The notes: generated from the sequence alone by a model not told the origin. 64,000 nucleotides of DNA from Haliotis cracherodii (GCF_022045235.1 NW_027266294.1:496001-560000), one strand, 5' to 3'; counted from the stretch's first letter, positions 25,050-39,139 are shown. Made by a program: numbers and translations.

Positions 25050-26235
25050 GTGGATGTAGAAATGGAAGTTAATTCTCTCTTAGTAATAGTAATAGATAGC
25101 TGTGAATTAATAGTAATAGATAGTTGTGAATTAATAGTTATAGATAGTTGTGAATTAATAGTAATAGATAGCCGTGAATTAATATTATTACTTGCCTGTG
25201 AAGAGATCACCCGTTTAATAAACATACAGCTGTATTACACATTGTGTCTCGGAAAGCTTTTCACGAACAAATATTGAAAGCTGTCAACATCCCTTGGCTT
25301 ATTCAACGACATTGCGAGTGGAGATGATAGATCACTGAGAGGAGCTTATGCACACTCGATGACCCCAGCAACCTTGTTGCTAGGCTGACGTCACATGGCA
25401 TTGTTTCCCCGATGGATCTTGCAACAAAATTCCACAAATTACATCATCTGGTATTGTGACGTTATTGTAAACTTTGAGGTACAAGACCCGTTACACAAGG
25501 CGATCGTATTGTAGCGCAACTACAGTCGTTAGTCTGTTAAAGTATGTGAGTTGCGATAGTCTTATCCCTACAATAATTTTGTGAATTCTAAAGGTGGACT
25601 GAAGTATGGTATTAAATTCATACGTTTCAACTTTTGACGTGTTTGAAGTATTATTCTGTTAAACTCAATGGGACTATGCCGTTGATCGTGTAGGTGTCAG
25701 CCTATTCATACTCAACAGTATAATTCTAAAAACGTTCTAATGGCAAGTAATAAATAAAATACGAAACAATTAAACCAATTTTATGAAACGAGTGAATAGT
25801 TGTGGTATCTGAAGAGCGAAAGCGAGTCAGATACCACAACTATTCACGAGTTCTATAAAATATAGTATTCTATATGTAATAGAAAGCTGTGAATTCATAG
25901 TAATAGATAGTTGTGAATTAATAGTAATAGTTAGTTGTGAATTAATGGTAATAGATAGTTGTGAATTAAGAGTAATAGATAGCTGTGAATTAATAGTAAT
26001 AGACAGCTGTGAATCAGGATGTCACAATAGATTTTGTGGAAATGGAAGTTAATTCTCTATTAGTAATAGTAATCGATAGCTGTGAATTAATAGTAATAGA
26101 TAGCTGTGAATTAGGATGTCACAGTAGATTTTGTGGAAATGGAAGTTAATTCTCTATGAGTAATAGTAATAGATAGCTGTGAATTAATAGTAATAGATAG
26201 TTGTGAATTAATAGTAATAGATAGTTGTGAATCAC
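25050..26235. repeat. 24-bp AT-rich repeat (GTGAATTAATAGTAATAGATAGYT) in two parts, split by an insertion at ~25181-25870
   Basis: Same unit at 25080-25182 and 25875-26232; recurring GAAATGGAAGTTAATTCTCT block. Confidence 0.85.
25181..25860. mobile_element. Non-autonomous element with subterminal inverted repeats and a terminal palindrome
   Basis: TTATTACTTGCC (25185-25196) / GGCAAGTAATAA (25742-25753); perfect 21-bp hairpin arms 25792-25812 and 25827-25847; interrupts the 24-bp array. Confidence 0.6.
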
Positions 26236-27333
26236 AGGTGAAGTGTATTCTCCTAAACCTAACCCTAACCCTAAACCTGTCTAATTGTTAACTAGAACCT
26301 CTCTAGGCATGGAGATTAAGTGAGTTACACTAGGCCAACAAGGTTAATTTGTGAACATTGTGCTTAGATGTCGTTGATGATGCTGCTATCATGGAATATC
26401 ACCATCGTCTCTGGGACTGTAACTGCCACCGTCCTCCATGCAGGTGAAGTGTGAGTGTTCCTCCATGACAGGAGAGCTCTTCAGGGGAAACTATTGGGAG
26501 TAAGTGTCTTTGATCTTCACAGTGCCTGTTATGTGATGGTTGTTGTGTCTCCAGTCAGCCATCTTACGGTTCCTGCAGAAACACACAGCGCTGGCGGCGG
26601 CCGGATGTGGCGCACGGCGTGCACTAGGACGGACACGTTTCCCCTGAAGCATATGCCCTGGTGACACGGAACCTCCTTACCAACACGTGTGCTGAAAGCG
26701 ATGCCCATAAACTTACAGGAAGTAATGTTTTGTTGATGTTTTGCAGTATCAAAGACTAGAAAAGCTGCCGAATATTTATGGCTCCCATTTGCTGGGACTA
26801 GTTGAATGCATTTATTGTCTGTGAAAATGTGTGTTTGCACACCAATTCCCAACCATAGCCCTGGAATAACTGCATGTTTTATCTCCCTCGTAATTCTTGG
26901 TATTCCACAAATAGCCCACTGCCTTAACTGTCTCCATCAATACCAGTTTGTGTGCAGCCGTTATAATCCACAACGGCATTACTGAACGGCATTACTGATA
27001 GCGGGGCTATACTTATGTAACAGCAGTAATGAAGGCTAGTTACTTTCCACTATGTAACAAGGCAGGAATTGTTACAGCTTGACATGATGGCTAGTTACAG
27101 TCTCCTCTTCTTAAACTCATCCATCAATAAGTTACATAGTTGTACAAAGTGGTTATGCAGAAATGATTGTTCTAAAAGTTGAATAGTTATACAAAGTGTT
27201 CTAAACAGAATGCAAATACATAACAAGTTGTAAAGTTATACAAAGTGTTTTAAACAATACAAGTTTATAACAAGTTGTAAAGTTTAAAAGTGTTTTAAAC
27301 AGAATACAAGTTCATAACAAGTTGTAAAGTTGT

Positions 27334-28769
27334 ACAGCTTGGATGGTTGGTTGTACATAGTTGCACTCAGTGTTTCTGTGTAGGAAACAGCTTGGGACGG
27401 ATGGTTGTACATAGTTGCACTCAGTGTTTCTGTGTGGGAAACAGCTTGGGATGGATGGTTGTACATAGTTGCACTCAGTGTTTCTGTGTAGGAAACAGCT
27501 TGGGATGGTTGGTTGTACATAGTTGCACTCAGTGTTTCTGTGTAGGAAACAGCTTGGAATGGATGGTTGTACATAGTTGCACTCAGTGTTTCTGTGTAGG
27601 AAACAGCTTGGATGGATGGTTGTACATAGTTGCACTCAGTGTTTCTGTGTGGGAAACAGCTTGGGATGGATGGTTGTACATAGTTGCACTCAGTGTTTCT
27701 GTGTAGGAAACAGCTTGGGATGGTTGGTTGTACATAGTTGCACTCAGTGTTTCTGTGTAGGAAACAGCTTGGAATGGATGGTTGTACATAGTTGCACTCA
27801 GTGTTTCTGTGTAGGAAACAGCTTGGGATGGTTGGTTGTACATAGTTGCACTCAGTGTTTCTGTGTAGGAAACAGCTTGGAATGGATGGTTGTACATAGT
27901 TGCACTCAGTGTTTCTGTGTAGGAAACAGCTTGGGACGGATGGTTGTACATAGTTGCACTCAGTGTTTCTGTGTAGGAAACAGCTTGGGACGGTTGGTTG
28001 TACATAGTTGCACTCAGTGTTTCTGTGTGGGAAACAGCTTGGGACGGATGGTTGTACATAGTTGCACTCAGTGTTTCTGTGTAGGAAACAGCTTGGGATG
28101 GATGGTTGTACATAGTTGCACTCAGTGTTTCTGTTTGGGAAACAGCTTGGGACGGATGGTTGTACATAGTTGCACTCAGTGTTTCTGTGTGGGAAACAGC
28201 TTGGGATGGATGGTTGTACATAGTTGCACTCAGTGTTTCTGTGTAGGAAACAGCTTGGAACGGATGGTTGTACATAGTTGCACTCAGTGTTTCTGTGTAG
28301 GAAACAGCTTGGGATGGTTGGTTGTACGTAGTTGCACTCAGTGTTTCTGTGTAGGAAACAGCTTGGGATGGATGGTTGTACATAGTTGCACTCAGTGTTT
28401 CTGTGTAGGAAACAGCTTGGGATGGATGGTTGTACATAGTTGCACTCAGTGTTTCTGTGTAGGAAACAGCTTGGAATGGATGGTTGTACATAGTTGCACT
28501 CAGTGTTTCTGTGTAGGAAACAGCTTGGAATGGATGGTTGTACATAGTTGCACTCAGTGTTTCTGTGTAGGAAACAGCTTGGGATGGATGGTTGTACATA
28601 GTTGCACTCAGTGTTTCTGTGTAGGAAACAGCTTGGGACGGATGGTTGTACATAGTTGCACTCAGTGTTTCTGTGTAGGAAACAGCTTGGGACGGATGGT
28701 TGTACATAGTTGCACTCAGTGTTTCTGTGTAGGAAACAGCTTGGGATGGATGGTTGTACGTAGTTGCAC
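27334..28769. repeat. Minisatellite, 54-bp unit ACAGCTTGGGATGGATGGTTGTACATAGTTGCACTCAGTGTTTCTGTGTAGGAA, ~26 copies
   Basis: Direct periodicity; preceded by degenerate repeats at 27130-27333. Confidence 0.98.
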
Positions 28770-29168
28770 ATTGTACCCAACTGCTGCCCGCTAGTTGGAC
28801 AGAGAACCTGGAGGTGTGTGCTGATAGATTCCTTACATCACAGATTATTGTCTGATGTTACTTTTGTTCTTTGATCTCATAACTCTTTTAGCCCGTCTGG
28901 TTTGGATGTGATTAGTTAGCTGCTGCTGCTGCTGGCAACTGAAGGAGACGAGTGTCCCACGGTCAGCTTCTGCCCTGACTCGCATTTCCTGGTCAGCGAT
29001 GGCGACCAAACAGTGTTCACTCGTAGAGGTTCATATGGGCCAGTTTCCTTGAAAATATATCGGACCCTTCTGGGAGATGAAGTTTCTTGACTATATTAGA
29101 CAGTTATTGTGGACCGAATTCTTTCAGCTTCCAATAGACCTGTGTAGACCGGTTCCCTCGATGCCGGA

Positions 29169-29182
29169 CCACTAGAGGGCGC
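29169..29182 (+). promoter_or_regulatory. CTCF-like motif CCACTAGAGGGCGC
   Basis: Matches the bilaterian CTCF core consensus CCASYAGRKGGCRS; lies in a small CpG-retaining patch; binding untested. Confidence 0.5.
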
Positions 29183-29573
29183 GGTGTATCAGTCGGCCGG
29201 CTCCGTCATGGGATGGACGTTCACACAAACACTGCTAGAGCGTGGAATAACAGACCATTGATTTAGGCCTCTCTGGGAACTAACACAGCTTTTCGTCATG
29301 ACTATAAATATTGATCCTACATTTTATAGAGTTTACTTACTCCTATTGACTGGAATCTGATCTGTTTATGTTCTCATTGTGTTCAACAGGGTTTTGTGGT
29401 GAAAGAACTATTGCTTGTTCCACATGGCCAGGTACAGGAGATTCTGGCAGTAAAACACCAGCTTGTTAGTGTGACACGCAGCCGGAACCATGAAGTGAGC
29501 AGATTGTGATGAGAAGTGAGATTAATGCAGGATTACATGATGATTGTAACGTTCAGTGTTATGGCTGGATACT

Positions 29574-29648
29574 AGTGAGTCTGTATGGTTTTACACCGCT
29601 TTTAGCAATATTCCAGCGATCTCATGGTGGGGGACACCAGAAATGGGC
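29574..29648 (-). mobile_element. Family B SINE 3' fragment
   Basis: GGTTTTACACCGCTTTTAGCAATATTCCAGC...GGGGACACCAGAAATGGGC matches 4285-4350. Confidence 0.88.
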
Positions 29649-29939
29649 GGCTGGATACTCCTTTGTCTCCCAGACAAATTGCATGTTTCGATATAGTTAC
29701 TGGACCATGTCTCTGGGATTGGACTGACGTGCCTACGTGGAGTGTGACAGTAGACAAGTGTTGACGGTTCACCTGCTTGTTCTGTGTGCCAGGACAGGCT
29801 CCAGCATGAAGATAGAGGAACCAGTGGGATTTTTACGAGGTCTTTATTTGCTCTTATGACTTTGTTGTATGTGTCCCGTTTTTATGAGATGACATCATCA
29901 GTTTATACAGTATACACGGGAACAACTTAAAACAACCAA

Positions 29940-31188
29940 GGACATGCCACACCCTGAGGACATACAAAACCCTGAGGACATACCACACCCTGAGAACATA
30001 ACACACCCTGAGGACATACCACACCCTGAGGACATACCACACCCTCAGGACATACCACACCCTCAGGACATACCACACCCTCAGGACATACCACACCCTC
30101 AGGACATACCACAACCTGAGGACATACCACACCCTAAGGACATACCACACCCCTAAGGACATACCACAACCTGAGCACATACCACACCCTGAGGACATAC
30201 CACACCCTGAGGGCATACCACACCCCTAAGGACATACCACACCCTGAGGGCATACCACACCCTGAGGACATATCACACCCTGAGGACATATCACACCCTC
30301 AGGACATACCACACCCTGAGGACATACCACACCCTGAGAACATACCACACCCCTAAGGACATACCACACCCCTAAGGAAATACCACACCCCTAAGGACAT
30401 ACCACAACCTGAGGACATACCACACCCTGAGGACATACCACATCCTGAGGGCATACCACACCCTGAGGACATACCACACCCTGAGGACATACCACACCCA
30501 GAGAACATACCACACCCCTAAGGACATACCACACCCCTAAGGACATACCACAACCTGAGAACATACCACACCCTGAGAACATACCACACCCTGAGGACAT
30601 ACCACACCCTGAGGACATACCACACCCAGAGAACATACCACACCCCTAAGGACATACCACACCCCTAAGGACATACCACAACCTGAGCACATACCACACC
30701 CTGAGGACATACCACACCCTGAAGGCATACCACACCCCTAAGGACATGCCACAACCTGAGAACATACCACACCCTGAGAACATACCACACCCTGAAGACA
30801 TACCACACCCTAAGGACATACCACACCCTGAAAACATACCACACCCTGAGGACATACCACACCCTGAGGACATACCACACCTCTGAGGACATACCACACC
30901 CTGAGAACATACCACACCCTGAGGGCATACCACACCCCTAAGGACATACCACTCCCCTAAGGAAATACCACACCCTGAGGACATACCACACCTGAGGACA
31001 TACCACACCCAGAGGACATACCACACCCTGAGGAGATACCAAGCCCTGAGAATATACCACACGAGGACATACCACACCCTTAAGGACATACCACACAATG
31101 AGGACATACCACACCCCTGAGAACATACCACATTCTGAGGACATACCACACAACGAGGACGTACCACACCCTGACATACCACACCCGT
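29940..31188. repeat. Minisatellite, 18-19-bp unit ACCACACCCTGAGGACAT, ~68 copies
   Basis: Direct periodicity. Confidence 0.97.
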
Positions 31189-31243
31189 GAGGTGCTAAAA
31201 GACATAAAATCCTTTGAGAACTTAAAGCCTTGGAGAATTGTAC

Positions 31244-33000
31244 CTGACTCTGTATAGCATCACTACCAACAGCTCTGACTCTGTATAGCATCACTACCAA
31301 CAGCTCTGACTCTGTATAGCATCACTACCAACAGCTCTGACTCTATAGCATCACTACCAACAGCTCTGACTATATAGCATCACTACCAACAGCTCTGACT
31401 ATATAGCATCACTACCAACAGCTCTAACTCTGTATAGCATCAATACCAACAGCTCTGACTCTGTATAGCATCAATACCAACAGCTCCGACTATATAGCAT
31501 CACTACCAACAGCTCCGACTATATAGCATCACTACCAACAGCTCTGACTATGTAGCATCACTACCAACAGCTCTGACTATGTAGCATCACTACCAACAGC
31601 TCCGACTATATAGCATCACTACCAACAGCTCCGACTATATAGCATCACTACCAACAGCTCTGACTATGTAGCATCACTACCAACAGCTCTGACACTATAT
31701 AGCATCACTACCAACAGCTCTGACTCTGTAGCATCACTACCAACAGCTCCGACTATATAGCATCACTACCAACAGCTCCGACTTTATAGCATCACTACCA
31801 ACAGCTCTGACTATGTAGCATCACTACCAACAGCTCTGACACTATATAGCATCACTACCAACAGCTCTGACTATGTAGCATCACTACCAAAATCTCTGAC
31901 TATGTAGCATCACTACCAACAGCTCCGACTATATAGCATCACTACCAACAGCTCCGACTATATAGCATCACTACCAACAGCTCTGACTATGTAGCATCAC
32001 TACCAACAGCTCTGACTATGTAGCATCACTACCAACAGCTCCGACTATATAGCATCACTACCAACAGCTCTGACACTATATAGCATCACTACCAACAGCT
32101 CTGACTCTGTAGCATCGCTACCAACAGCTCCGACTATATAGCATCACTACCAACAGCTCTGACTATATAGCATCACTACCAACAGCTCTGACTATGTAGC
32201 ATCACTACCAACAGCTCCGACTATATAGCATCACTACCAACAGCTCTGACTATGTAGCATCACTACCAACAGCTCCGACTATATAGCATCACTACCAACA
32301 GCTCTGACTATGTAGCATCACTACCAACAGCTCTGACACTATATAGCATCACTACCAACAGCTCTGACTCTGTAGCATCACTACCAACAGCTCTGACTAT
32401 ATATAGCATCACTACCAACAGCTCTGACTATATAGCATCACTACCAACAGCTCTGACTCTATATAGCATCACTACCAACAGCTCCGACTATATAGCATCA
32501 CTACCAACAACTCTGACTATATAGCATCACTACCAACAGCTCTGACTATATAGCATCACTACCAACAGCTCTGACTCTATATAGCATCACTACCAACAGC
32601 TCTGACTCTGTATAGCATCAATACCAACAGCTCTGACTCTGTATAGCATCAATACCAACAGCTCTGACTCAATATAGCATCACTACCAACAGCTCTGACT
32701 CTGTATAGCATCAATACCAACAGCTCTGACTCTGTATAGCATCAATACCAACAGCTCTGACTCAATATAGCATCAATACCAACAGCTCTGACTCTGTATA
32801 GCATCAATACCAACAGCTCTGACTCTGTATAGCATCACTACCAACAGCTCTGACTATATAGCATCACTACCAACAGCTCTGACTATATAGCATCACTACC
32901 AACAGCTCTGACTCTATAAAGCATCACTACCAACAGCTCTGACTCTGTATAGCATCAATACCAACAGCTCTGACTATATAGCATCACTTTCAACAGCTCT
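31244..33000. repeat. Minisatellite, 29/31-bp unit CTGACT(CT)RTATAGCATCACTACCAACAGCT, ~59 copies
   Basis: Direct periodicity. Confidence 0.97.
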
Positions 33001-33725
33001 GTCCGTGTATATCAGCAATACTTCACTCGATATGACAATATTGCCACTGAATATATTTAAAATACAGAATTTGCCAGCACATTTTCAAAAAGAACTGTCA
33101 GAAATGATCAACTTGTCCTGTTTTGACTGATTCTGTTTGTCTGAATAAGTCCTTCTGATTACTTGTGTTACGTTGAGAGATAGTCCATGACTGTGTTTGG
33201 CTGAATGAGGACGAGTGATTTCCCTGCATGTACTTTGTTTCATCTTCACTCAGCTGGTCGGGACTAATGAATCTCTCAATATTCAGCCTTACATTCCAAC
33301 GGAATTCCAGTTAATGACAAATCTGACATGATTTCTGCCCATTGCCTCGACACCAGCCGGTGTGCAATCAGGGTATCAGGAAATAGCACAAGCTCAATGA
33401 CTGGTGTGGAGAGGCCGATTATTCCGATATCAGACACGCAGGAATTAGGCTTTTCATGTCTGCCATTAGTTCAAGAGTTTGAGGATTGTAAAGGAATTCT
33501 TATGCAGGAAGAAGGGTTTTGTCAAAGTTGGAGTATTTCAATATGGCTGTCTGTCGGGGGTCCTATTGATCAGACAACTAATATTGATGTTACCTTGTGA
33601 TGAGGCAATATAGTCCTTCAGATAACCAGCCTCACTTCTTGTTGACATGGCGAGATAGCTTTCACACTTAGCCTCATGTTAATAAGACCAGAAGCACATT
33701 GACATTGCATATATCTCTCTCACAG

Positions 33726-34295
33726 AGCTGACTTACATAGCTGACTTACAAAGTTGACTCACATAGCTGACTTACATAACTGAATCACATAGCTGACTCA
33801 CATAGCTGACTCACAAAGCTGACTCACATAGCTGACTTACATAGCTGACTCACATAGCTGACTTACATAGCTGACTTACAAAGCTGACTCACATAGCTGA
33901 CATACATAGCTGACTCATAGCTGACTCACATAGCTGACTCACATCGCTGACTTACATAGCTGACTCACATCGCTGACTTACATAGCTGACTCACAAAGCT
34001 GACTCGCGTAGCTGACTTACATAGCTGACTCACGTAGCTGATTTACATAGCTGACTCACATAGCTGACTTACATAGCTGACTTACATAGCTGACTTACAA
34101 AGCTGACTCACATAGCTGACTTACATAGCTGACTCATAGCTGACTCACATAGCTGACTTACATAGCTGACTCATAGCTGACTCACATAGCTGACTCACAT
34201 CGCTGACTTACATAGCTGACTCACAAAGCTGACTCGCATAGCTGACTTACATAGCTGACTCACGTAGCTGACTCACATAGCTGACTTACATAGCT
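33726..34295. repeat. Minisatellite, 13-bp unit AGCTGACTYACAT, ~44 copies
   Basis: Direct periodicity. Confidence 0.96.
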
Positions 34296-34934
34296 GTTAT
34301 TGCATATGTCACATGACTTATTGCATTTGTCATGTGACTGGTTTTGCATATTTAACATGACTGTCACTGTATATGTCATGTGACTGCCATTGCATTTTGG
34401 GTTTTATTGCATATATCTTATATGACTGGTATTTTGAACATATACCAGGTTCTGGTATTATTGCATATGTCTCAAATGTATGGCATTAATAATGTGTTGA
34501 CTGCCAGAAGGCCACGGGAAGGAGTGCTGCATATTCTCCAATTTCTTCCCCACATGGACGTATATCAAGAGCAGGTTAAAAATGATAATTGACATGCAAT
34601 GTTTACGTAAATAAAGCTTTCTATCAGGCTTTGATGGATAACAGAGAGCTCTAAATTCCAGTTCCCTCGTCCCACTTGACGCTGGCATCAATGGAGATAA
34701 GTGGTGCGTCTTGAAGGGAAGGTCTTTTCAATCACAAAACATAATACACTTGAAATTGCCAGTCCTCTGTTAGCCTTTAAAGTTCATCCTGTGTAGATTG
34801 TGGCAGTGAGTGAAGGAGTAGTTTCTCACCGACAGACTCCTGTGTAATGAAGTGTGGTTTGTATGCACATGTTAATCAACGGCATCTTGGCTAAATCTGC
34901 AACCAGTTGATTTGTACCATGGCCCCTGGATCTC

Positions 34935-34996
34935 GCCTCTTCCTCCTTCTGTCAGTCACGGATAGCCTCTTCCTCCTTCTGTCAGTCACGGATAGC
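34935..34996. repeat. Perfect 30-bp tandem duplication (2 copies)
   Basis: GCCTCTTCCTCCTTCTGTCAGTCACGGATA twice. Confidence 0.9.
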
Positions 34997-35131
34997 AGCT
35001 TCCAGGAGCATAAATCATGCCGGAAAAAATCCACCAATTAGCCATTTTTTGCAAGGGTACGAAATGTTCTCATTAGGCCTCAGTATCTAAAATACTAGAG
35101 CAGATGGTCACTAGGGAGTCAAAGTGTACTC

Positions 35132-35972
35132 GTAAACTGGGGATTGAGATAGTAGTCGTAAACTAGGGATTCAGTATGCAGTCGTCAACCAGGCATTCAG
35201 TTTTTAGTTGTACACTGGGGATTCAGTGTATAGATGTAAACTGGGGATCCAGTGTATAGATGTAAACTGGGGATCCAGTGTATAGATGTAAACTGGGGAT
35301 CCAGTGTATAGATGTAAACTGGGGATTCAGTGTATAGATGTAAACTGGGGATTCAGTGTATAGATGTAAACTGGAGATTCCGTGTTTAGGTGTAAACTGG
35401 GGATCCAGTGTATAGATGTAAACTGGGGATTCAGTGTTTAGGTGTAAACTGGGGATTCAGTGTATAGATGTAAACTGAGGATTCAGTGTTTAGGTGTAAA
35501 CTGGGGATTCAGTGTATAGATGTAAACTGAGGATTCAGTGTATAGATGTAAACTGGGGATTCAGTGTATAGATGTAAACTGGAGATTCAGTGTTTAGGTG
35601 TAAACTGGGGATCCAGTGTATAGATGTAAACTGGGGATTCAGTGTTTAGGTGTAAACTGGGGATTCAGTGTATAGATGTAAACTGAGGATTCAGTGTTTA
35701 GGTGTAAACTGGGGATTCAGTGTATAGATGTAAACTGAGGATTCAGTGTTTATGTGTAAACTGGGGATCTGTGTGTAGTCGTGGAACACACTTACAGGTG
35801 ATGTGGGGATCCGTGTGTAGTCGTGGAACACACTTACAGGTGATGTGGGGATCTGTGTGTAGTCGTGGGACACACTTACAGGTGATGTGGGGATCTGTGT
35901 GTAGTCGTGGGACACACAGGTGATGTGGGGATCTGTGTGTAGTCTCGGGACACACAGGTGATGTGGGGATCT
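35132..35972. repeat. 26-bp array (GTAAACTGGGGATTCAGTGTATAGAT, ~24 copies) fused to a ~42-bp array (~5 copies, from 35763)
   Basis: Direct periodicity; junction at a shared GGGGAT. Confidence 0.95.
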
Positions 35973-36214
35973 ACTTGTGTGGGTGCTCACCAGTCATACT
36001 TCCATGTGTGCTGGGCCGGGTCTGCTTCAGCCACACCTGCAGATGTTACCGATATGGATCCCTTGTCCATGCATAATGAATGTGTATGTGGGTCCGTCAC
36101 GTGACTGCCTGCCCGCGTGGAACACTACCTGTTCAGTGTGATGTAAGTGCAGTGTGTGTTGTGATGTGACTGATGTGGGTGTTATGTGAGTATGAATTGA
36201 GTGTGGGGTGTGAG

Positions 36215-36439
36215 TACAGGGTCAAGTTGACTGCCGTCAGGTTACATGGTCGAGTTGACTGCCGTGAGGTTACAGGGTCGAGTTGACTGCCGTCAGGTTA
36301 CATGGTCGAGTTGACTGCCGTCAGGTTACAGGGTCAAGTTGACTGCCGTCAGGTTACATGGTCGAGTTGACTGCCGTGAGGTTACAGGGTCGAGTTGACT
36401 GCCATCAGGTTACAGGGTCAAGTTGACTGCCATCAGGTC
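36215..36439. repeat. Minisatellite, 28-bp unit GGTCGAGTTGACTGCCGTCAGGTTACA(T/G), ~8 copies
   Basis: Direct periodicity. Confidence 0.95.
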
Positions 36440-37010
36440 CTGGATGTTTGCTTCAAATCAACAATTTAGTGAGGAACTTGTTGTGATGCACTCAATAAAG
36501 TTTGTCCTGCTGCACTTGGAGCCGGCTCCTCCAGGGAGCCTGATGGGAGTCAGTTTAGTCAGTGCTAATTACGCCATTCAATTTGCAGGTTGTTTCCAGA
36601 TGTGAACTTCAAAATGAATTATTTTTTATAAGTTTAAAGATTGATATTTTTTTCACGCATGTAATTTTCTAAATGGCGCCTGATGGAGGCGTTTTGTTTA
36701 TCATCAGAAATCTCAGAGGAGTTCAAATACTCCAGCTGATGAATTTCAAATTAACCCAAATTTGATGTCACAACTTTGTTGAAACGTCTGCTGATTAAAT
36801 TTGGTTTCTGATAAAGAAATAATACAAGTTTCTCCCGAAACATCCTTGATACTTCACAAATTACTTCTAATGAAATTACAATGTAATACCAAGGTTCATG
36901 CTTTCAGGTTTTCTAATGTGCGCGGTGAAGGCATCTCCCGCAGTACGCTGTGCACTTAGTACCATCTTCCAACAGGCTCCTGGTTTTCTTGACCTCCTCC
37001 GTAACGCAGC

Positions 37011-38268
37011 GGTGTCGGGAGGGTGTGTCCGTGGTGTCTGGGAGGGTGTGTCCGTGGTGTCGGGAGGGTGTGTCTGTAGTGTCGGAAGTTGACTGGTCCG
37101 TTGGATCGGGAGTTGACTGTGTCCATGGTGTTGGGAGTTGACTGTGTCCTTGGTGTCGGGAGGGTGTGTCCATGGTGTTGGGAGTTGACTGTGTCCTTGA
37201 TGTCGGGAGTTGACTGTGTCCTTGGTGTCGGGAGTTGACTGTGTCCTTGGTGTCGGGAGTTGACTGTGTCCATGGTGTCGGGAGTTGACTGTGTCCTTGG
37301 TGTCGGGAGTTGACTGTGTCCGTGGTGTCGGGAGGATGTGTCCTTGGTGTCGGGAGTTGACTGTGTCCGTGGTGTCGGGAGGATGTGTCCTTGGTGTCGG
37401 GAGTTTGCTGTGTCCATGGTGTTGGGAGTTGACTGTGTCCATGGTGTCGGGAGTGTGTGTCCATGGTATTGGCAGCAGGGGTGTCCATGGTGTTGGGAGG
37501 ATGTGTCTGTAGTGTCGGGAGTTGACTAGTCCGTTGGATCGGGAGTTGACTGTGTCCATGGTATTGGGAGCCGACTGTGTCCGTGGTGTCCGGAGTTGAC
37601 TGGTTCGTTGTGTCGGGAGTTGACTGTGTCCATGGTGTACGGAGTTGACTGTGTCCATGGTATTGGGAGCTCGCTGTGTCCGTTGTGTCGGGAGTTGACT
37701 GGTCCGTTGTGTCGGGAGTTGACTGGACGTGGTGTGGGAAGCCGGCTGCGTCCATGGTGTTGGGATGTGTCTGTAGTGTCGGGAGTTGACTGGTCCGTTG
37801 TGTCGGGAGTTGACTGTGTCCATGGTATTGGGAGCTGACTGTGTCCGTTGTGTCGGGAGTTGACTGTGTCCGTGGTATTGGGAGCCGGCCGTGTCCGCTG
37901 TGTTCTAGAGGATGTGTCTGTAGTGTTGAGAGTTGACTGGTCTGTTGTATCGGGAGTTGACTGTGTCCGTGGTATTGGGAGCTGACTGTGTCCGTGGTGT
38001 CCGGAGTTGACTGGTATGTTGTATCGGGAGTTGACTTTGTCCGTGGTATTGGGAGCCGACTGTGTCTGTAGTGTCGGGAGTTGACTGGTCTGTTGTATCG
38101 GGAGTTGACTGTGTCCGTGGTATTGGGAGCAGGCTGTGTCCGTTGTGTCGGGAGTTGACTGGTCCGTTGTGTCGGGAGTTGACTGGACGTGGTTTCGGAA
38201 GCCGGCTGTGTCTATGGTTCTCGGAGGATGTGTCTGTGGTGTCGGGAGTTGACTGTGTCCGTGGTATT
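37011..38268. repeat. Complex G/T-rich minisatellite, ~21-25-bp units (GTGTCCGTGGTGTCGGGAGTTGACT)
   Basis: Direct periodicity with many variants. Confidence 0.95.
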
Positions 38269-39139
38269 GCGATAATACTGACATTTGTTCACCATGAATT
38301 CCTCACAAAGGTTGAGGCGCCTGGTCAGCCATCTCAGGGACTGCAGGTGTCATTGCCCGTCGAAATCAATAAGCATTCATCAACCGGTTTTAACAAAAAA
38401 CTGATGACAAAGTGGGTAAGGATTCGATTCTCCCTTCTCCACCCGTGTGTATCTAAACACGATCACTCACTGCCGTCAGACTGGGTATACCTCCACACTG
38501 GACCAGTCTCACGATGAAACCAAAATATCGTAATCGGCAGGCGTGATCGATGCCAGGGAAATGGCATTTCATCTGACTTAAGTAGAAGGAAGCAGTTATG
38601 CTTAATTCACTGGCAATAGAAGATTGGGGGCTGAGGGCAGATTACTGCCTGGAGCTGGACTCAACACTCATGGCTAAATATGGACACTTGTAAAATGGGG
38701 TTCAACTTTTGTTTGATTCTTGTTTAATTAGTTCAGGCAGTTTGAGACCCGACTGAACTTTGGTGATAATTCTGACAGAGCAGTGGTAGGTTTATTACGT
38801 TGTTGAGGACACCGGGGCCTTTTTTATACAGTAGCCAGGCCATCCCTGCATATGTCTGAGTACTTATCTGAAGCCAGACGCAGAACATCTATATCTTTCA
38901 AATTGTTATCAATAAGAATGATTCCAAGATATATATGTCCAATTTGACTTTTATCTTTTTTAGTCCTGGTATGATGAATATATGTTGAAGTGGTATAAGA
39001 AAACGAGTAATTGAATTTTGTGAAGTTATTATTATGTTTTACATGCAATCTTTCCTTGTGTGCTGCTGTCTATTGATCGTGTCTAGTTCCAGTCTATTCC
39101 TACATGGAAACCAGCTAGTGACCGTCTATTGCTGTCTAG

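Noticed and set aside
26252-26278. Telomere-like CCTAAACCTAACCCTAACCCTAAACC
   Set aside because: Only ~4 imperfect units; too short to infer a telomeric or fusion origin
27284-28794. 374-498 aa ORFs on both strands
   Set aside because: Stop-free frames of a 54-bp minisatellite, open simultaneously in several frames
29854-31300. Cys/Gly-rich (SSGCGM)n keratin-associated- or metallothionein-like ORFs
   Set aside because: Frames of an 18/19-bp array with frequent frameshifting indels
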